From assembly GCA_035911135.1 (NCBI GenBank), contig JAMHWD010000042.1:7609-71608 (forward strand): DNA of 64,000 nucleotides, written 5' to 3'. Both the position numbers and the translations under genes were made by a program. Below the pieces are notes generated by a model. That model worked only from the letters and a program-made list of their open reading frames with translations. It was not told where the DNA came from and did not search any database. Source of the DNA: Alphaproteobacteria bacterium (lineage in GTDB: Bacteria; Pseudomonadota; Alphaproteobacteria; Micavibrionales; Micavibrionaceae). Of the stretch, positions 37,740 through 48,246 are shown piece after piece (positions within the stretch are counted from its first letter, which is position 1; each line of letters opens with the position of its first letter).

Positions 37740-39527
37740 CTACCTTCGATGAAAGAGTTTTTCGATATCCTGCAGCGAGAGCGCGATATAGGTCGGGCGG
37801 CCATGATTGCATTGGCCGGACAGCGGTGTTTCTTCCATCTGGCGCAGCAGGGCATTCATCTCGTCAGGATTAAGTTTGCGCCCTGAGCGGATGGAGCCAT
37901 GACAGGCCATGGTGGAGAGCAGCGCATTCAGCTTTTCCTCCAGACCGCCGGCATGATTGTTATCCCGGATGTCGGCGGCGAGTTCGCCCAGCAGTTTTGA
38001 AATATTCGCGCGGCCTGAAAGGAGCGCCGGAATGCTGCGTACGGCCAATGCATCAATGCCAAAGCTCTCGATTTCAAGTCCCGCGCTGGCAAAAATATCG
38101 CCATGATCCAAAAGGGCGGCGCAATCGGCCTCGTCCATTGTAATGATATCAGGCGTCAGAAGGCCCTGTTTCTCAACGCCGCCGGATGCGGCCATCTGGG
38201 CTTTGAAGCGTTCATAGACAAGGCGCTCATGCGCGGCGTGCTGATCGACGATCACAAGGCCGGATTGTGTTTGCGCGATAATATAATTTTCATGCAGATG
38301 CGCCATGGCCGCGCCCAGCGGATATTGCTGCGTATCGGCCTGAGGCGCGGGCGCTTCATAGGTCCGTGCCACGAGCGGGGCGAGGGGTTCATATATATTT
38401 TGCGCCGCCTCGGCAAGGTTGCCATAGGATTGCGGCGAAGCAGATTGTGGCGCAGCCCAGAATGAGGTATTGGCAGGCGCGAGGCCATGCGGCGATATTG
38501 TAAATTTCTGCAAGGCTGCGCCGGACGTTGTATTGGAAGGACGAAACCCTTGGGCATGAATGCCATGTTTCAGGGCGCTGACGATCATGCCGCGGATCAG
38601 ATCCGGTTTTTCAAAACGCACTTCGGCCTTGGCGGGGTGAACATTGACGTCAACTTCTTGCGCGGGCAGGGTGACAAACAGGGCCAGCGCCGGATGTACC
38701 CCGCGGTGCAGGACATCGGCATAGGCCCCGCGCACCGCCCCGGTCAGGAGTTTGTCGCGCACCGGGCGGCCATTCACAAAAAGATACTGATGTTGGGCCG
38801 TGGCCTTGTGATAGGTCGGCAGGCTGGCAAGGCCGGATAATATTACGCCTTCGCGCTCGAAGCTGACGGGGAATGCATTCTGCCCGAAATCACGGCCCAT
38901 AACCGCGGATAGGCGATCCTCAAGGCTTTGGAAGGCAGGATAGTGCAATGATTTTACGCCGTCATGATTGAGCCGAAAACCAATAGCGGGGAAAGCCATG
39001 GCGAGGCGTTGGATGATATCGCGCACCGCCATGTATTCGGCGCGGTCGGATTTCAGAAATTTCAGGCGGGCAGGCGTGGCATAAAACAGATCCCGCACTG
39101 TGATCTGTGTGCCCGATGGATGCCCGGCGGCTTTGATCGGATGTTTGCGCCCACCTTCAACGGCGATTGACCAGCTTTCGCCGTCTTGCTGGCGCGTGGC
39201 AATCTCAAGACGCGAGACGGCGGCAATCGAGGCCAGAGCTTCGCCGCGAAACCCCAGATGTTTAATATCCAAAAGATCATCGGAAGGAAGTTTGGATGTG
39301 GCGTGGCGGTCAACGGATGCGGCCAGTTCGGTTTCATTCATGCCGCTGCCGTTATCGGCAATGACGATCAGGCTTTTGCCGCCCTGGCGAATATCGATGG
39401 CAATCTCGGATGCGCCTGCATCAACGGCATTTTCGGCAAGTTCCTTCACCGCCGCGGCGGGGCGTTCAATAACTTCACCGGCCGCGATCTGATTGATCAG
39501 GGTTTCTGGCAGATAGCGAATTCTCAT
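37740..39527 (-). CDS. mutL: DNA mismatch repair protein MutL
   Basis: The N-terminus is the GHKL ATPase motif IAAGEVIERPAAAVKELAENAVDAG. The C-terminal dimerisation/endonuclease domain has DQHAAHERL and CNHGRPT. Confidence 0.95.
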   Translation of the reverse strand: MRIRYLPETLINQIAAGEVIERPAAAVKELAENAVDAGASEIAIDIRQGGKSLIVIADNGSGMNETELAASVDRHATSKLPSDDLLDIKHLGFRGEALASIAAVSRLEIATRQQDGESWSIAVEGGRKHPIKAAGHPSGTQITVRDLFYATPARLKFLKSDRAEYMAVRDIIQRLAMAFPAIGFRLNHDGVKSLHYPAFQSLEDRLSAVMGRDFGQNAFPVSFEREGVILSGLASLPTYHKATAQHQYLFVNGRPVRDKLLTGAVRGAYADVLHRGVHPALALFVTLPAQEVDVNVHPAKAEVRFEKPDLIRGMIVSALKHGIHAQGFRPSNTTSGAALQKFTISPHGLAPANTSFWAAPQSASPQSYGNLAEAAQNIYEPLAPLVARTYEAPAPQADTQQYPLGAAMAHLHENYIIAQTQSGLVIVDQHAAHERLVYERFKAQMAASGGVEKQGLLTPDIITMDEADCAALLDHGDIFASAGLEIESFGIDALAVRSIPALLSGRANISKLLGELAADIRDNNHAGGLEEKLNALLSTMACHGSIRSGRKLNPDEMNALLRQMEETPLSGQCNHGRPTYIALSLQDIEKLFHRR

Positions 39528-39583
39528 ATGATTTAAAAATTACAGGAATGATGCGGGTTTGTCAGGGAATTTTCACAAAAGAC

Positions 39584-40888
39584 TCACAAGGTCTTGAGAT
39601 CAATTATGGTATCTTGCATGTTGCAGTGATCAAAAATGGCCCCTTTGAGGATAGCGCCGGTAAAATCAGCGCGGCGAAGGTCCGCGCCGCTGAGGACCGC
39701 ATTGGTCAGGTCCACGCCCATCATGACGGAATCCCGCAGATCAGCGTAGCGCAGATTGGCGTAACGCAGGCTGGCGCCGCTCATATCCACGCGCTGGATA
39801 CGTTTGGTGCCATCAGGTTTTTTGAATTCAAGGCCGCCAATTTTTGCATTCGAGAGATCAACGCGGGCCATTTGCGCGTATTTAAATGTCGAGCCGCGCA
39901 GATCGGCTTCGGCCATTTTGCAGTCCCGGAAATCGGCGCGGTCGAATGTGGCGCTTTGCAGTTCGGCAGCGCGCAGATCCTGATTAAGGAAGTTGGAGCC
40001 TATGGCGCGAATGGCGGTAAAGGGGAAGCGGCGCAGATCCAGAACATCGCGCAAATCATAGCCGCTTAAGTCGAGCTGGCGGCCGGAGCGTCCGGCCGTG
40101 GCCACCCATAATGTATGTTCTTCCAGAAGTTGCGGCAGGGTCTTGCCGAGATTTTCCAGCTTGGCCCCCATATCGTCTTCGGTGATAACGTCGCCAAGGT
40201 CCAGCCCTTGTTTTTCAACGCGGTCCATCACCGCGCCGGAAATAATGGCCGAGCGCATATTGGCAAAGGTCAGGACCGAGCCTGTGAGATCGGAATCGGC
40301 GAGGTTTGCGCCATGGAAATTCGCGCCCGTCAGGTCGGCATTTTTCAGCAAAACGCCGCTGAGGTCAGCATCGGAAAAATCAGCCGATTTGGCTTGCGTG
40401 CCGGTCATGTTTGTTGAGGCCAGTTTTGCGCCGGTGAAAACGGTTTTTGCGCCCTTGCCGCCGGAGCGCTTGCGGTCGGTCAGTTCTCCCTTGTCGCCGC
40501 GCGTCATGATCTTGCCTTCGCGAAGATCGGCCTCGGCAAGGTCCGAGCCGATCAGGTTCGCGCCCGCCACATACGCGCCCCGGAAATCGGCGCGTGTGAA
40601 TACGGCATCCCTCATATTGGCATTACGCAGATCACAGGCAAAAAAACAGGCGCTGGTGAATTTGCAATAGGACAGGTCAGTCTCGATAAAAAGAGAGCCT
40701 GTAAAATCAGCATTGGACAGGTCGCTGGCCTTAAACGTCAGATAGGAGAGGTTACGGTATTTCACAACGGCGCGCGCGCCGCCTTGTTGGCCACGCAAAA
40801 ACATATCATGCTTTTTGATGATCTCATCCAGCGCGTCCTGATGGAGCGGAAGCAATTCTCCCGGATCGGGTATGGAAGCGTCTGCCAT
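39584..40888 (-). CDS. Pentapeptide-repeat protein (434 aa, two repeat blocks)
   Basis: It has many tandem A(D/N)LxX pentapeptides, for example ADLSGVLLKNADLTGANFHGANLADSDLTG. Confidence 0.85.
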   Translation of the reverse strand: MADASIPDPGELLPLHQDALDEIIKKHDMFLRGQQGGARAVVKYRNLSYLTFKASDLSNADFTGSLFIETDLSYCKFTSACFFACDLRNANMRDAVFTRADFRGAYVAGANLIGSDLAEADLREGKIMTRGDKGELTDRKRSGGKGAKTVFTGAKLASTNMTGTQAKSADFSDADLSGVLLKNADLTGANFHGANLADSDLTGSVLTFANMRSAIISGAVMDRVEKQGLDLGDVITEDDMGAKLENLGKTLPQLLEEHTLWVATAGRSGRQLDLSGYDLRDVLDLRRFPFTAIRAIGSNFLNQDLRAAELQSATFDRADFRDCKMAEADLRGSTFKYAQMARVDLSNAKIGGLEFKKPDGTKRIQRVDMSGASLRYANLRYADLRDSVMMGVDLTNAVLSGADLRRADFTGAILKGAIFDHCNMQDTIIDLKTL

Positions 40889-41018
40889 GTGCCCTGATTA
40901 GCCTTTCCTAAAGCTTTTTATCGGCGATTCCTGCGCCGTTTTGAATTATAGCGTATTTTTTACATTTTAAGGCAGAAGTAACTAAAGATTTATGAAAGTT
41001 GTATGAGTTTTCAGATGT

Positions 41019-42530
41019 TTATGCGGAACGCTTGGCCTGCAAGGCTTCCAGGGCCATATCCTTGCCAAGCTCAACGCCCCATTGATCGAAGCTGTTGATA
41101 TTCCATAGTATTCCTTGCGTCAGGGCTTTGTGCTCGTAAAAGGCCAGAAGCTGGCCCAAGGCAAAGGGGCTGATTTCATTCAGCCAGATTGTTGTGCTGG
41201 GGCGGTTGCCGGCAAAATGGCGGTGCGGCGGCGCGGCCTGATCGGTGCGGCCTTCCATCAGGGCACGGCTTTGCCCGGTAAGGTTGGCATTGAGCATATC
41301 CTGATGATTGGCGTAGGGCAGCGGCGAGCGGCGAATCCCGATAAAATCACAAGGAATGATATCGCTGCCCTGATGCAGCATTTGCAAAAAGGCGTGCTGG
41401 GCGTTGGTGCCGACTTCGCCGAATACAACGGGCGCGGTTTTATAGGAAACGCCTGCGCCCGCCTGATTGACGGATTTGCCATTGGATTCCATATCGAGCT
41501 GCTGGATGTAGCGCGGCAGATGCGCCAGAAGATCGGAATAGGGCAGAATGCATTGCGCTGTATAATTGCAGAAATTGCGGTGCCAGATGCCAATCATCCC
41601 CATCAGCGCAGGGATGTTTTGCCGCAGCGGCGTATTTTGAAAATGCTTGTCGGCATGCGCCGCCCCGTCCAGCAATTTGCGGAAATTTTTATAGCCAATC
41701 GAAAGGCAGACCGGCAGGCCGATGGCTGACCAGAGGCTAAATCGCCCGCCCACCCATTCCGGGAGATGGAAAATATGTCCCGGTTTGATGCCGAATGTGA
41801 TGGCGGCTTCGCGGTTGCCTGTTACGGCGCAGGCATGCGCCGGCCAACGATCGCCGGGCCCGTATTCCTGCATCCAGGTACGAAAAGCTGCGGCATTGGC
41901 CATGGTTTCCGGCGTGGTGAACGTCTTGGAGGCGATAATAAAAAGCGTATGCGCGGGATTGATTTTTCCCTGCAGCGTAACAAGGCTGTAGGGGTCGATA
42001 TTGCTGAGGAAATGCAGATTGATCCCCTTGCGGGCAAAAGGCGCAAGCGCCTGCGCGGCGAGCTGCGGGCCGATTGTCGAGCCGCCAATGCCCAGCGTAA
42101 CGATATCGGTGATGCCTTGGATACCGGCGGCAAAACCGGCATCGAATTTTTCCATCTGCGCCAATGTTTCATCAACCTGATCGCGAACAGGGCGGCCATC
42201 TATCAGCAATGATGAGGCGCAGGAGCCGCGCAAGGCCGGATGAAGCGCCGCCCGGTTTTCCGAACGATTGACCGCCATCCCGGAAAACATCTGGTCGCGC
42301 CATTCCTCCAGATTGCAGGCGCGCGCCAGATCGCACAGTAGGGAAAGCGTTTCTTCGGTGATCAGGTTTCGGGAAAAATCGGCTTCGACATCGCCCAGCC
42401 CCAGCGTAAAATCATGCGCCCGTGCCAGATCGCTCTTGAACAGATCCGTGATCCGTACATTGTCCATTGCCTTGGCATGGCGCAGCAGGGCCAACCATTC
42501 CGGCCTGAGTGTCAGGGGTTCATTCGACAT
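41019..42530 (-). CDS. pgi: Glucose-6-phosphate isomerase
   Basis: It has the PGI signatures (GIGGS..GP, ...SK(T)F(T)T.ET, G.R.S.WSAIG, ...QLDMESNGK). The ATG at 42530 is preferred over the TTG at 42545. Confidence 0.93.
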   Translation of the reverse strand: MSNEPLTLRPEWLALLRHAKAMDNVRITDLFKSDLARAHDFTLGLGDVEADFSRNLITEETLSLLCDLARACNLEEWRDQMFSGMAVNRSENRAALHPALRGSCASSLLIDGRPVRDQVDETLAQMEKFDAGFAAGIQGITDIVTLGIGGSTIGPQLAAQALAPFARKGINLHFLSNIDPYSLVTLQGKINPAHTLFIIASKTFTTPETMANAAAFRTWMQEYGPGDRWPAHACAVTGNREAAITFGIKPGHIFHLPEWVGGRFSLWSAIGLPVCLSIGYKNFRKLLDGAAHADKHFQNTPLRQNIPALMGMIGIWHRNFCNYTAQCILPYSDLLAHLPRYIQQLDMESNGKSVNQAGAGVSYKTAPVVFGEVGTNAQHAFLQMLHQGSDIIPCDFIGIRRSPLPYANHQDMLNANLTGQSRALMEGRTDQAAPPHRHFAGNRPSTTIWLNEISPFALGQLLAFYEHKALTQGILWNINSFDQWGVELGKDMALEALQAKRSA

Positions 42531-43896
42531 TGGGAATTTTTTCAATTTTCGCGTGCGGCGTTACGCCTTCGGGGTTGCCGACAAGAACGGTTGTAAATTT
42601 ATCGGCGTTCAGCAGTTCTTTTGATACGCGCAGGATATCTTCCGGCGTGGCGGCGCGAATGGCAGCATCGCGTTTTTCCAGATAATCTATCGGCAGATCA
42701 TCGGTCTGAAGCCCTGTCAGCAGCGAGGCAATCTTGTCGGTGGATGTCAATGAAAGCGGCAGCGCGCCAATCAGATAGGATTTGGCATCGGCCAGTTCTT
42801 GCGTGCTGGGCGGGGCTTCTTTCATTTTCGTCCATTCTGTGCGGATAAGATCCATCATCTGCGTGACGTTTTCATTCCCTGTCGATGTTGAAAGCGCCAG
42901 CGTATTGATATCATCCAGATTGGAGAAATAGGTGTAAATGCCATAGGTCAGGCCGCGTTTTTCCCGTATTTCTTCCGTCAGGCGCGAGCCAAATCCGGAC
43001 GATCCCAGTATCTGGTTCATGATCTGCGCCGCATGATAATCGGGATGGGTTTTATCAATGCCGGGCTGCATGATTTCAACAATGGTCTGGGGGATGTCTT
43101 TTTTATACAAGGCAACAGTGCCCATATTTTGCAGATCAAGCTTCTTGGCTTCGGGCTGTGCGGCGGGTTTTTCAGGAAGTTTCCCAAAAATCTGATCCAG
43201 AAGGCCCTTGAGTTCCATTTCGGTGATATCGCCGCAAATGCTGATTTTCAGGTTGCCGCGTGCCAGATTGTTCTTGTGAAAAGTTTTGAGATCTGCCGCC
43301 GTTATTTTTTCAAGTCCGCCCAGCGTGCCGCCGCTGTTCAGGGCATAAGGATGCCCGGCATAGGCGCGGTCATTCAGGATACGCGCGGCGATCCATTCGG
43401 GGTCAGACAAGGAGGAACGAATACGGCTTTGATTGGCGGCACGCATGCGTTCCAGCGGCTCGGCATCAAAGCGCGGCGCGGTCAATGCCAGCGTCATAAG
43501 TTCAAAGGCGCGTTTTTTATTGGTGGCCAGTGTCTTAAGGGAGCCGTTAAATGAATCGCGCGAGCTGGAGAAGGACAGGCTGATGGAAAGATCGCGCAAT
43601 TCTTTTTGAAATTTTTCCGATGTTAAATCGCCCGCGCCTTCATCCATGGTGTTGGAGAGCATGCGGGAGAGGCCTTGTTTCTCTGCCGGATCGCGCGCGG
43701 CACCTGCCCCCACGAAGGCAAATTCAATGGCGATAACCGGTACGCTGTGGTCCTCGACCAGCCATGCCTTGATGCCGCCTTCGCTGGTGACTTCCTGAAT
43801 GTCCAGAACGGTTTCGCGGGCATGGGCCGCCGGGCTTGCCAATAGGGAAAAGGCCAGAAAGATGAAGATAAAGCGATAAGCCGTTAATGTTCTCAT
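42520..43896 (-). CDS. M16-family peptidase-like protein lacking the HxxEH motif (probable non-catalytic partner)
   Basis: It has a signal peptide and M16 N- and C-domains but no zinc motif. It is coupled by ATGA to the upstream M16 gene. Confidence 0.85.
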   Translation of the reverse strand: MRTLTAYRFIFIFLAFSLLASPAAHARETVLDIQEVTSEGGIKAWLVEDHSVPVIAIEFAFVGAGAARDPAEKQGLSRMLSNTMDEGAGDLTSEKFQKELRDLSISLSFSSSRDSFNGSLKTLATNKKRAFELMTLALTAPRFDAEPLERMRAANQSRIRSSLSDPEWIAARILNDRAYAGHPYALNSGGTLGGLEKITAADLKTFHKNNLARGNLKISICGDITEMELKGLLDQIFGKLPEKPAAQPEAKKLDLQNMGTVALYKKDIPQTIVEIMQPGIDKTHPDYHAAQIMNQILGSSGFGSRLTEEIREKRGLTYGIYTYFSNLDDINTLALSTSTGNENVTQMMDLIRTEWTKMKEAPPSTQELADAKSYLIGALPLSLTSTDKIASLLTGLQTDDLPIDYLEKRDAAIRAATPEDILRVSKELLNADKFTTVLVGNPEGVTPHAKIEKIPNVE

Positions 43897-45434
43897 GGCT
43901 GTTTCTCCGGTGTGGCGGGGGATGCCGGATTTGTTTTTGTTTCATCTTTTTTGGGGGGCTGCTTTTCAGTCGCAGGCTCCGGTTTGGCCGGCAGCAGGTA
44001 GCCATTCACGAAATGAGCATCGGGGCTGGCGGGCAGCAGGAATTTGGCAGCAGCTTCCTTGATCTGATCGGCGGTAACCTGGGCGATGTTATAAGGCCAG
44101 TATTCAATGTCATCCAGCATCGCGCCGGTGGCCAGCGAATAACCGATGGTCATGGCGGGCCCGCTCAGGCTATCACGTGCATAGACGGCCTCGGCCTGCA
44201 GGCGGGTCAGGGAATCGGATAGTTCTTTTTCAGTGATGCCTTTGTCAGCGATTTTTGCGATCTCCGCATCCACCGCATCTTCAATCTGTTTCATGTTCTT
44301 GCCGGGGGCAGGCGTCAGATAGATATAAAGATCGGCATCATCATAAGCATTGACGCCATAGGCCAGACCGGCATTGGTGGCCAGTTTCTTGTCAATGACC
44401 AAAGATTTATAAAAGCGCGAGGTTGGGCCATTACCGGCGATATCCTCCAGCACCTGCAGGGCCAGCGATTCCGCGGCGTTCTGGCGATAGCTGGGCACGC
44501 GGTAGGCGCGCTGGAATTGCGGTTCGCGCACGGTCGCATCATGATAGACAATAGTCTGGCGACCAGCCAGCGGCGGAGAAATTGTCCGTTCGCGCTTGGG
44601 CAGGGTAATGGGTTTCAGCGGGCCGTAAATATCCTGCGCCAGACGAAAAACATCATCAGCCTTTACATCGCCGGCAACAACCAGAATGGCGTTATTGGGT
44701 CCATACCAGCGGTCATAGAATGATTTCGCATCGTTCCATGTCAATGCGGCCATTTCATGTTCCCAGCCGATAATCGGTTTGCCATAGGGGTGATTGACGA
44801 AGAGCGCCGTAGAGATGCTTTCGCCCAGCTTGGCATCGGGATTATTATCGGTGCGCTGGCTGCGTTCTTCGAGGATAACCTGCCGTTCAGAGATGACTTC
44901 TTCGGATGGCGGTTTCAGACCGCGCATGCGTCCGGCCTCCATATGCATGACCGTTTCCAGATGTTCCGCGCCGACGGATTGGTAGTAGGCCGTATAATCA
45001 TGCGACGTAAAGGCGTTGTCATTGCCGCCGAGGCTGCGAATTTTTTTGGAAAAATCGCCGGGCGCAAGACCTTCCGAGCCCTTGAACATCAGATGCTCCA
45101 GAAAATGGGCTATGCCTGAAACGCCGGGTGTCTCATCCGCCGCGCCTGTTTTGTACCAGACCATATGGGTGACAACAGGCGTGCGGGTGTTTTCAACAAC
45201 CACGACCTGCATCCCGTTGGGCAGGGTTTTTGTCTTGGCATCAAAAACCTTCTGGCGCTCCATGTCCTGTTCAGATGTTTTCTCAGGCGCGGGTGCGGGA
45301 GGAGGCGCTTCTTTTTTTTGCGTTTCGCTCACCTGCGCCGGTGTTGCCTCCGCCGCCAGCAGCACATAAGGCGATGCACCGCATAGCAGGGTCAATGTGA
45401 TGACGGGCAGGGCTATACGCATCTTGCGGCTCAT
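43893..45434 (-). CDS. M16-family zinc peptidase (pitrilysin-like)
   Basis: It has a signal peptide and the inverted zinc motif HFLEHLMF (HxxEH). Confidence 0.88.
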   Translation of the reverse strand: MSRKMRIALPVITLTLLCGASPYVLLAAEATPAQVSETQKKEAPPPAPAPEKTSEQDMERQKVFDAKTKTLPNGMQVVVVENTRTPVVTHMVWYKTGAADETPGVSGIAHFLEHLMFKGSEGLAPGDFSKKIRSLGGNDNAFTSHDYTAYYQSVGAEHLETVMHMEAGRMRGLKPPSEEVISERQVILEERSQRTDNNPDAKLGESISTALFVNHPYGKPIIGWEHEMAALTWNDAKSFYDRWYGPNNAILVVAGDVKADDVFRLAQDIYGPLKPITLPKRERTISPPLAGRQTIVYHDATVREPQFQRAYRVPSYRQNAAESLALQVLEDIAGNGPTSRFYKSLVIDKKLATNAGLAYGVNAYDDADLYIYLTPAPGKNMKQIEDAVDAEIAKIADKGITEKELSDSLTRLQAEAVYARDSLSGPAMTIGYSLATGAMLDDIEYWPYNIAQVTADQIKEAAAKFLLPASPDAHFVNGYLLPAKPEPATEKQPPKKDETKTNPASPATPEKQP

Positions 45435-45440
45435 CGGGTC

Positions 45441-45989
45441 TTATTCCTCGATTACAGGAGTTTCGCCTTCGGTAACGGGTTTGCCGGCTTGCGCGTTGGA
45501 TTTCAGGCGCTCGGCTTCTTCGGGCGCGTTGACGACCGTGGCGGCCTTTTCATCGCCATCCATGCCGCCCCAGCCCAAAAGACGCTTTACGACAGGCTTT
45601 TTGCTATCATCCGATTCCTGATACTCCAGATCGACGGCGCGGCGGATTCCAGGATCGGCATTTGTTGCGCCGGCCTTTTGCAGGAACACTTCCTCGGAGG
45701 AGCTGGGCGCGTAATTGTTTTCACCGCTGCCGCCAAATACTGTTTCCTTGGCCTGATCGGAGGTCTGCATTTCCTGCGGGCGCGGCGCGCCGGGATTGGG
45801 CGGTGTGAGATTATAGTTTGGCGGCATTTCCAGCGGCGCGCGCTTGACAACAGCAAATTCATCCGGTGCCTGGCGGTTCAGGCCCAGTGTTTCTTTTGTG
45901 TTTGAGCATCCCGTGATCATGGTGCCGGCAAGGCAGGCGGTCAGCAGGAGGGCTTTATTCTTGGTAAGACGCATTTTCTCTTTTCTCAT
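45441..45989 (-). CDS. Lipoprotein, DUF3035-like
   Basis: It has the lipobox LTACLAGTMITGC and Pro-rich low complexity. Its conserved position downstream of lspA, with an ATGA overlap, is typical of alphaproteobacteria. Confidence 0.65.
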   Translation of the reverse strand: MRKEKMRLTKNKALLLTACLAGTMITGCSNTKETLGLNRQAPDEFAVVKRAPLEMPPNYNLTPPNPGAPRPQEMQTSDQAKETVFGGSGENNYAPSSSEEVFLQKAGATNADPGIRRAVDLEYQESDDSKKPVVKRLLGWGGMDGDEKAATVVNAPEEAERLKSNAQAGKPVTEGETPVIEE

Positions 45990-46558
45990 GTCGTTGTTTT
46001 CGGGGCTTCATCCTTTTCGCCCAGAAAGGTTTTCAATATCACAATACCGATGCCAATCACAATGCAGCTATCGGCCAGATTAAAGGCTGGCCAGTGATAG
46101 CCCATGGCGTGAATGTCGATAAAATCGATCACCGCACCAAAGCGCAGGCGGTCAAATATGTTCCCTATCGCCCCGCCAACGGCCAGCGCAAGGCACATGG
46201 CCAGAGCACGGTCCTTGGTATCAAGCATCCATAGCAGCAAACCAAAGCAAATCAGCGCCGCCACCCCGACAAGAAATAAGGTCGATTCCGGGCTTTTGTC
46301 ATGGAAAAGCCCAAAGCTTACGCCGTAATTCCAGACCATGACGATATTGTAAAACGAGGTCACCTTGAATTCAGCAAAAGGCAAAATGCCGGTGGCATGT
46401 TGCATCCAGTCAATGAAATGCGTTGTTTTTTGTCCTGCCGCCGGGGCGATCAGAAGCTGCGTGACCATCCATTTGCTGAACTGGTCGAGCAAAAATACCA
46501 ACGCGATCAGCGCCAGCAGGCCAAATTTTTGGGGAAGATTGGTTTTTTGTTTTGTCAT
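45986..46558 (-). CDS. lspA: Lipoprotein signal peptidase (signal peptidase II)
   Basis: It has the motifs NYGVSFG and FNLADS.I..G, with four TM helices. Confidence 0.9.
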   Translation of the reverse strand: MTKQKTNLPQKFGLLALIALVFLLDQFSKWMVTQLLIAPAAGQKTTHFIDWMQHATGILPFAEFKVTSFYNIVMVWNYGVSFGLFHDKSPESTLFLVGVAALICFGLLLWMLDTKDRALAMCLALAVGGAIGNIFDRLRFGAVIDFIDIHAMGYHWPAFNLADSCIVIGIGIVILKTFLGEKDEAPKTTT

Positions 46559-46684
46559 ATTTCAAATGTCTGGTCGTATCAGGGCGGTAGTTTAGTCATT
46601 CGAAAGGCAAAGGGCAAGGGAGGCAAAAAGCCCGTTGCCAAGCTGTTTATATTTTTCTAAAGCTGAAGCAACGCAAGGAATGAT

Positions 46685-47584
46685 ATGACAGCCCTTAAAA
46701 ATTATGAAAACAGACAAATTGTCGCTATCGGCAATTTTGATGGCGTGCATCTTGGGCATGGCATTTTGTTGGCACGCGCAAAGCAGGTGGCGGCCGATCT
46801 GGGGCTGCCTTGCGCTGTGCTGACATTTGAACCGCATCCGCGCTCTATCTTCCGCCCCGATGATCCGCCGTTTCGTATTACGCCGGCCGCGCTGAAGGCT
46901 GAAAAGCTGAAGGCGCAAGGCGTGGATGATGTCATTGTACTGCCATTTGACTGGGATTTTGCCAGTCTCTCGGCGGAGGATTTTATTGAAAAAATCCTGA
47001 AAGAAAAACTGAAAGCGGCGCATATCGTGGTGGGCGCTGATTTTTGTTTCGGCCAGCTGCGGAAAGGTAATGTGCAAACGATCCGTGATTCCGGCCTGCC
47101 GGTCACAGCGGTGGAAAAGGCGGAAGATGGGCAAAGCGAGATTTTATCCTCCAGCCGTGTGCGGCAATTCTTGCGCGGCGGTGATATTGCGGCGGCCAAT
47201 GCCATATTGGGCTGGGACTGGGAGATGCGCGGCGTTGTGATAAAGGGCGATCAGCGCGGCCGGGAACTTGGATTTCCCACCGCCAATTTTGCGATTGAAG
47301 ATACGATCCATCCGGCATACGGCGTTTATGCCGCGCTGGCGCAGATTGAAGGCGAAGATCAATGGCGCAAGGCGGCCACCAATATCGGCATCCGGCCCAT
47401 GTATGCGCTGGCGACGGCGCAGGTTGAGACGTTTATCTTTGATTTCACGGGCGATTTATATGGCAAAACCTTGCAGCTGCGGCCCGTAAAACGCCTGCGC
47501 GGGGAGGCAAAATTCGCCTCGATTGATGAATTGATCGCGCAAATGAACAAGGATTGCGCGCAAGCGCGGGACATTTTGAGCTAA
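46685..47584 (+). CDS. ribF: Bifunctional riboflavin kinase/FAD synthetase
   Basis: It has GNFDGVHLGH, the ...PHP FAD-synthetase region, and the C-terminal kinase motifs (G.QRGRELGFPTAN, ...ETFIFDF.GDLYG). Confidence 0.93.
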   Translation: MTALKNYENRQIVAIGNFDGVHLGHGILLARAKQVAADLGLPCAVLTFEPHPRSIFRPDDPPFRITPAALKAEKLKAQGVDDVIVLPFDWDFASLSAEDFIEKILKEKLKAAHIVVGADFCFGQLRKGNVQTIRDSGLPVTAVEKAEDGQSEILSSSRVRQFLRGGDIAAANAILGWDWEMRGVVIKGDQRGRELGFPTANFAIEDTIHPAYGVYAALAQIEGEDQWRKAATNIGIRPMYALATAQVETFIFDFTGDLYGKTLQLRPVKRLRGEAKFASIDELIAQMNKDCAQARDILS

Positions 47585-47587
47585 TTA

Positions 47588-47616
47588 TTGACATAAGTTG
47601 CTATTCGGGCTAAAAT
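47588..47616 (+). promoter_or_regulatory. Putative sigma70 promoter (TTGACA-17-TAAAAT)
   Basis: TTGACA lies at 47588-47593 and TAAAAT at 47611-47616. An AGGGA RBS precedes the ATG at 47638. Confidence 0.4.
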
Positions 47617-47637
47617 TTCCTTAAAAAACAGGGAATT

Positions 47638-48150
47638 ATGACGCAGCTTAAGATAGATTCATGGAACGGGGTTCAGCTTGCCCGTCTGCGCGATTTTTTT
47701 GAAAATGTCGCCAAACCGGGCGATGAGGTGATTTTCGACCGTAAATTAGCGGAAAGCAATGGCCGGCCCACAGAAGGGCTGGATGAGAATAATTGCAATG
47801 ACTGGGTTTACCGCGTTGCCAATCAGGCGCTTGTCGGCCTGCTCGAAGAAAAGATCAAGGATCTGGCCAAGACAATCACATTAACAACGGCGTATCTGCA
47901 CAGCCAATATCCCGATATGATCCGGGATCAGCCGAAAATTACCGAAGCTGCGCCGGAGCCGGAAACCGATCTGGATCTGCTGGAGGATGAGGCGGAAGAA
48001 GACTGGAATGCCGTATTAGACCGGTATGGCGTAAAACCGGAGGCAACACCGGCTGCGCCAGCCGCCAAGACAAAGCCGGAACCCAGCGATCAGGAACAGG
48101 ATGATTGGGCCAAAACGCTGGCCGCCTATCATACCCGCGAGCCAGCATAA
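47638..48150 (+). CDS. Hypothetical acidic protein (170 aa), orphan-like
   Basis: This is a clean ORF with its own consensus promoter and an acidic, Pro-rich C-terminal half. I recognise no motif. Confidence 0.5.
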   Translation: MTQLKIDSWNGVQLARLRDFFENVAKPGDEVIFDRKLAESNGRPTEGLDENNCNDWVYRVANQALVGLLEEKIKDLAKTITLTTAYLHSQYPDMIRDQPKITEAAPEPETDLDLLEDEAEEDWNAVLDRYGVKPEATPAAPAAKTKPEPSDQEQDDWAKTLAAYHTREPA

Positions 48151-48246
48151 GATAGTTGCAAGATTGAGTTTTTAAGTTAATAAGTTGCAAGAATAAGTTA
48201 AACTTATAAAACTATTGAAACTTCAAAACTTAATCTAACTACGTCC

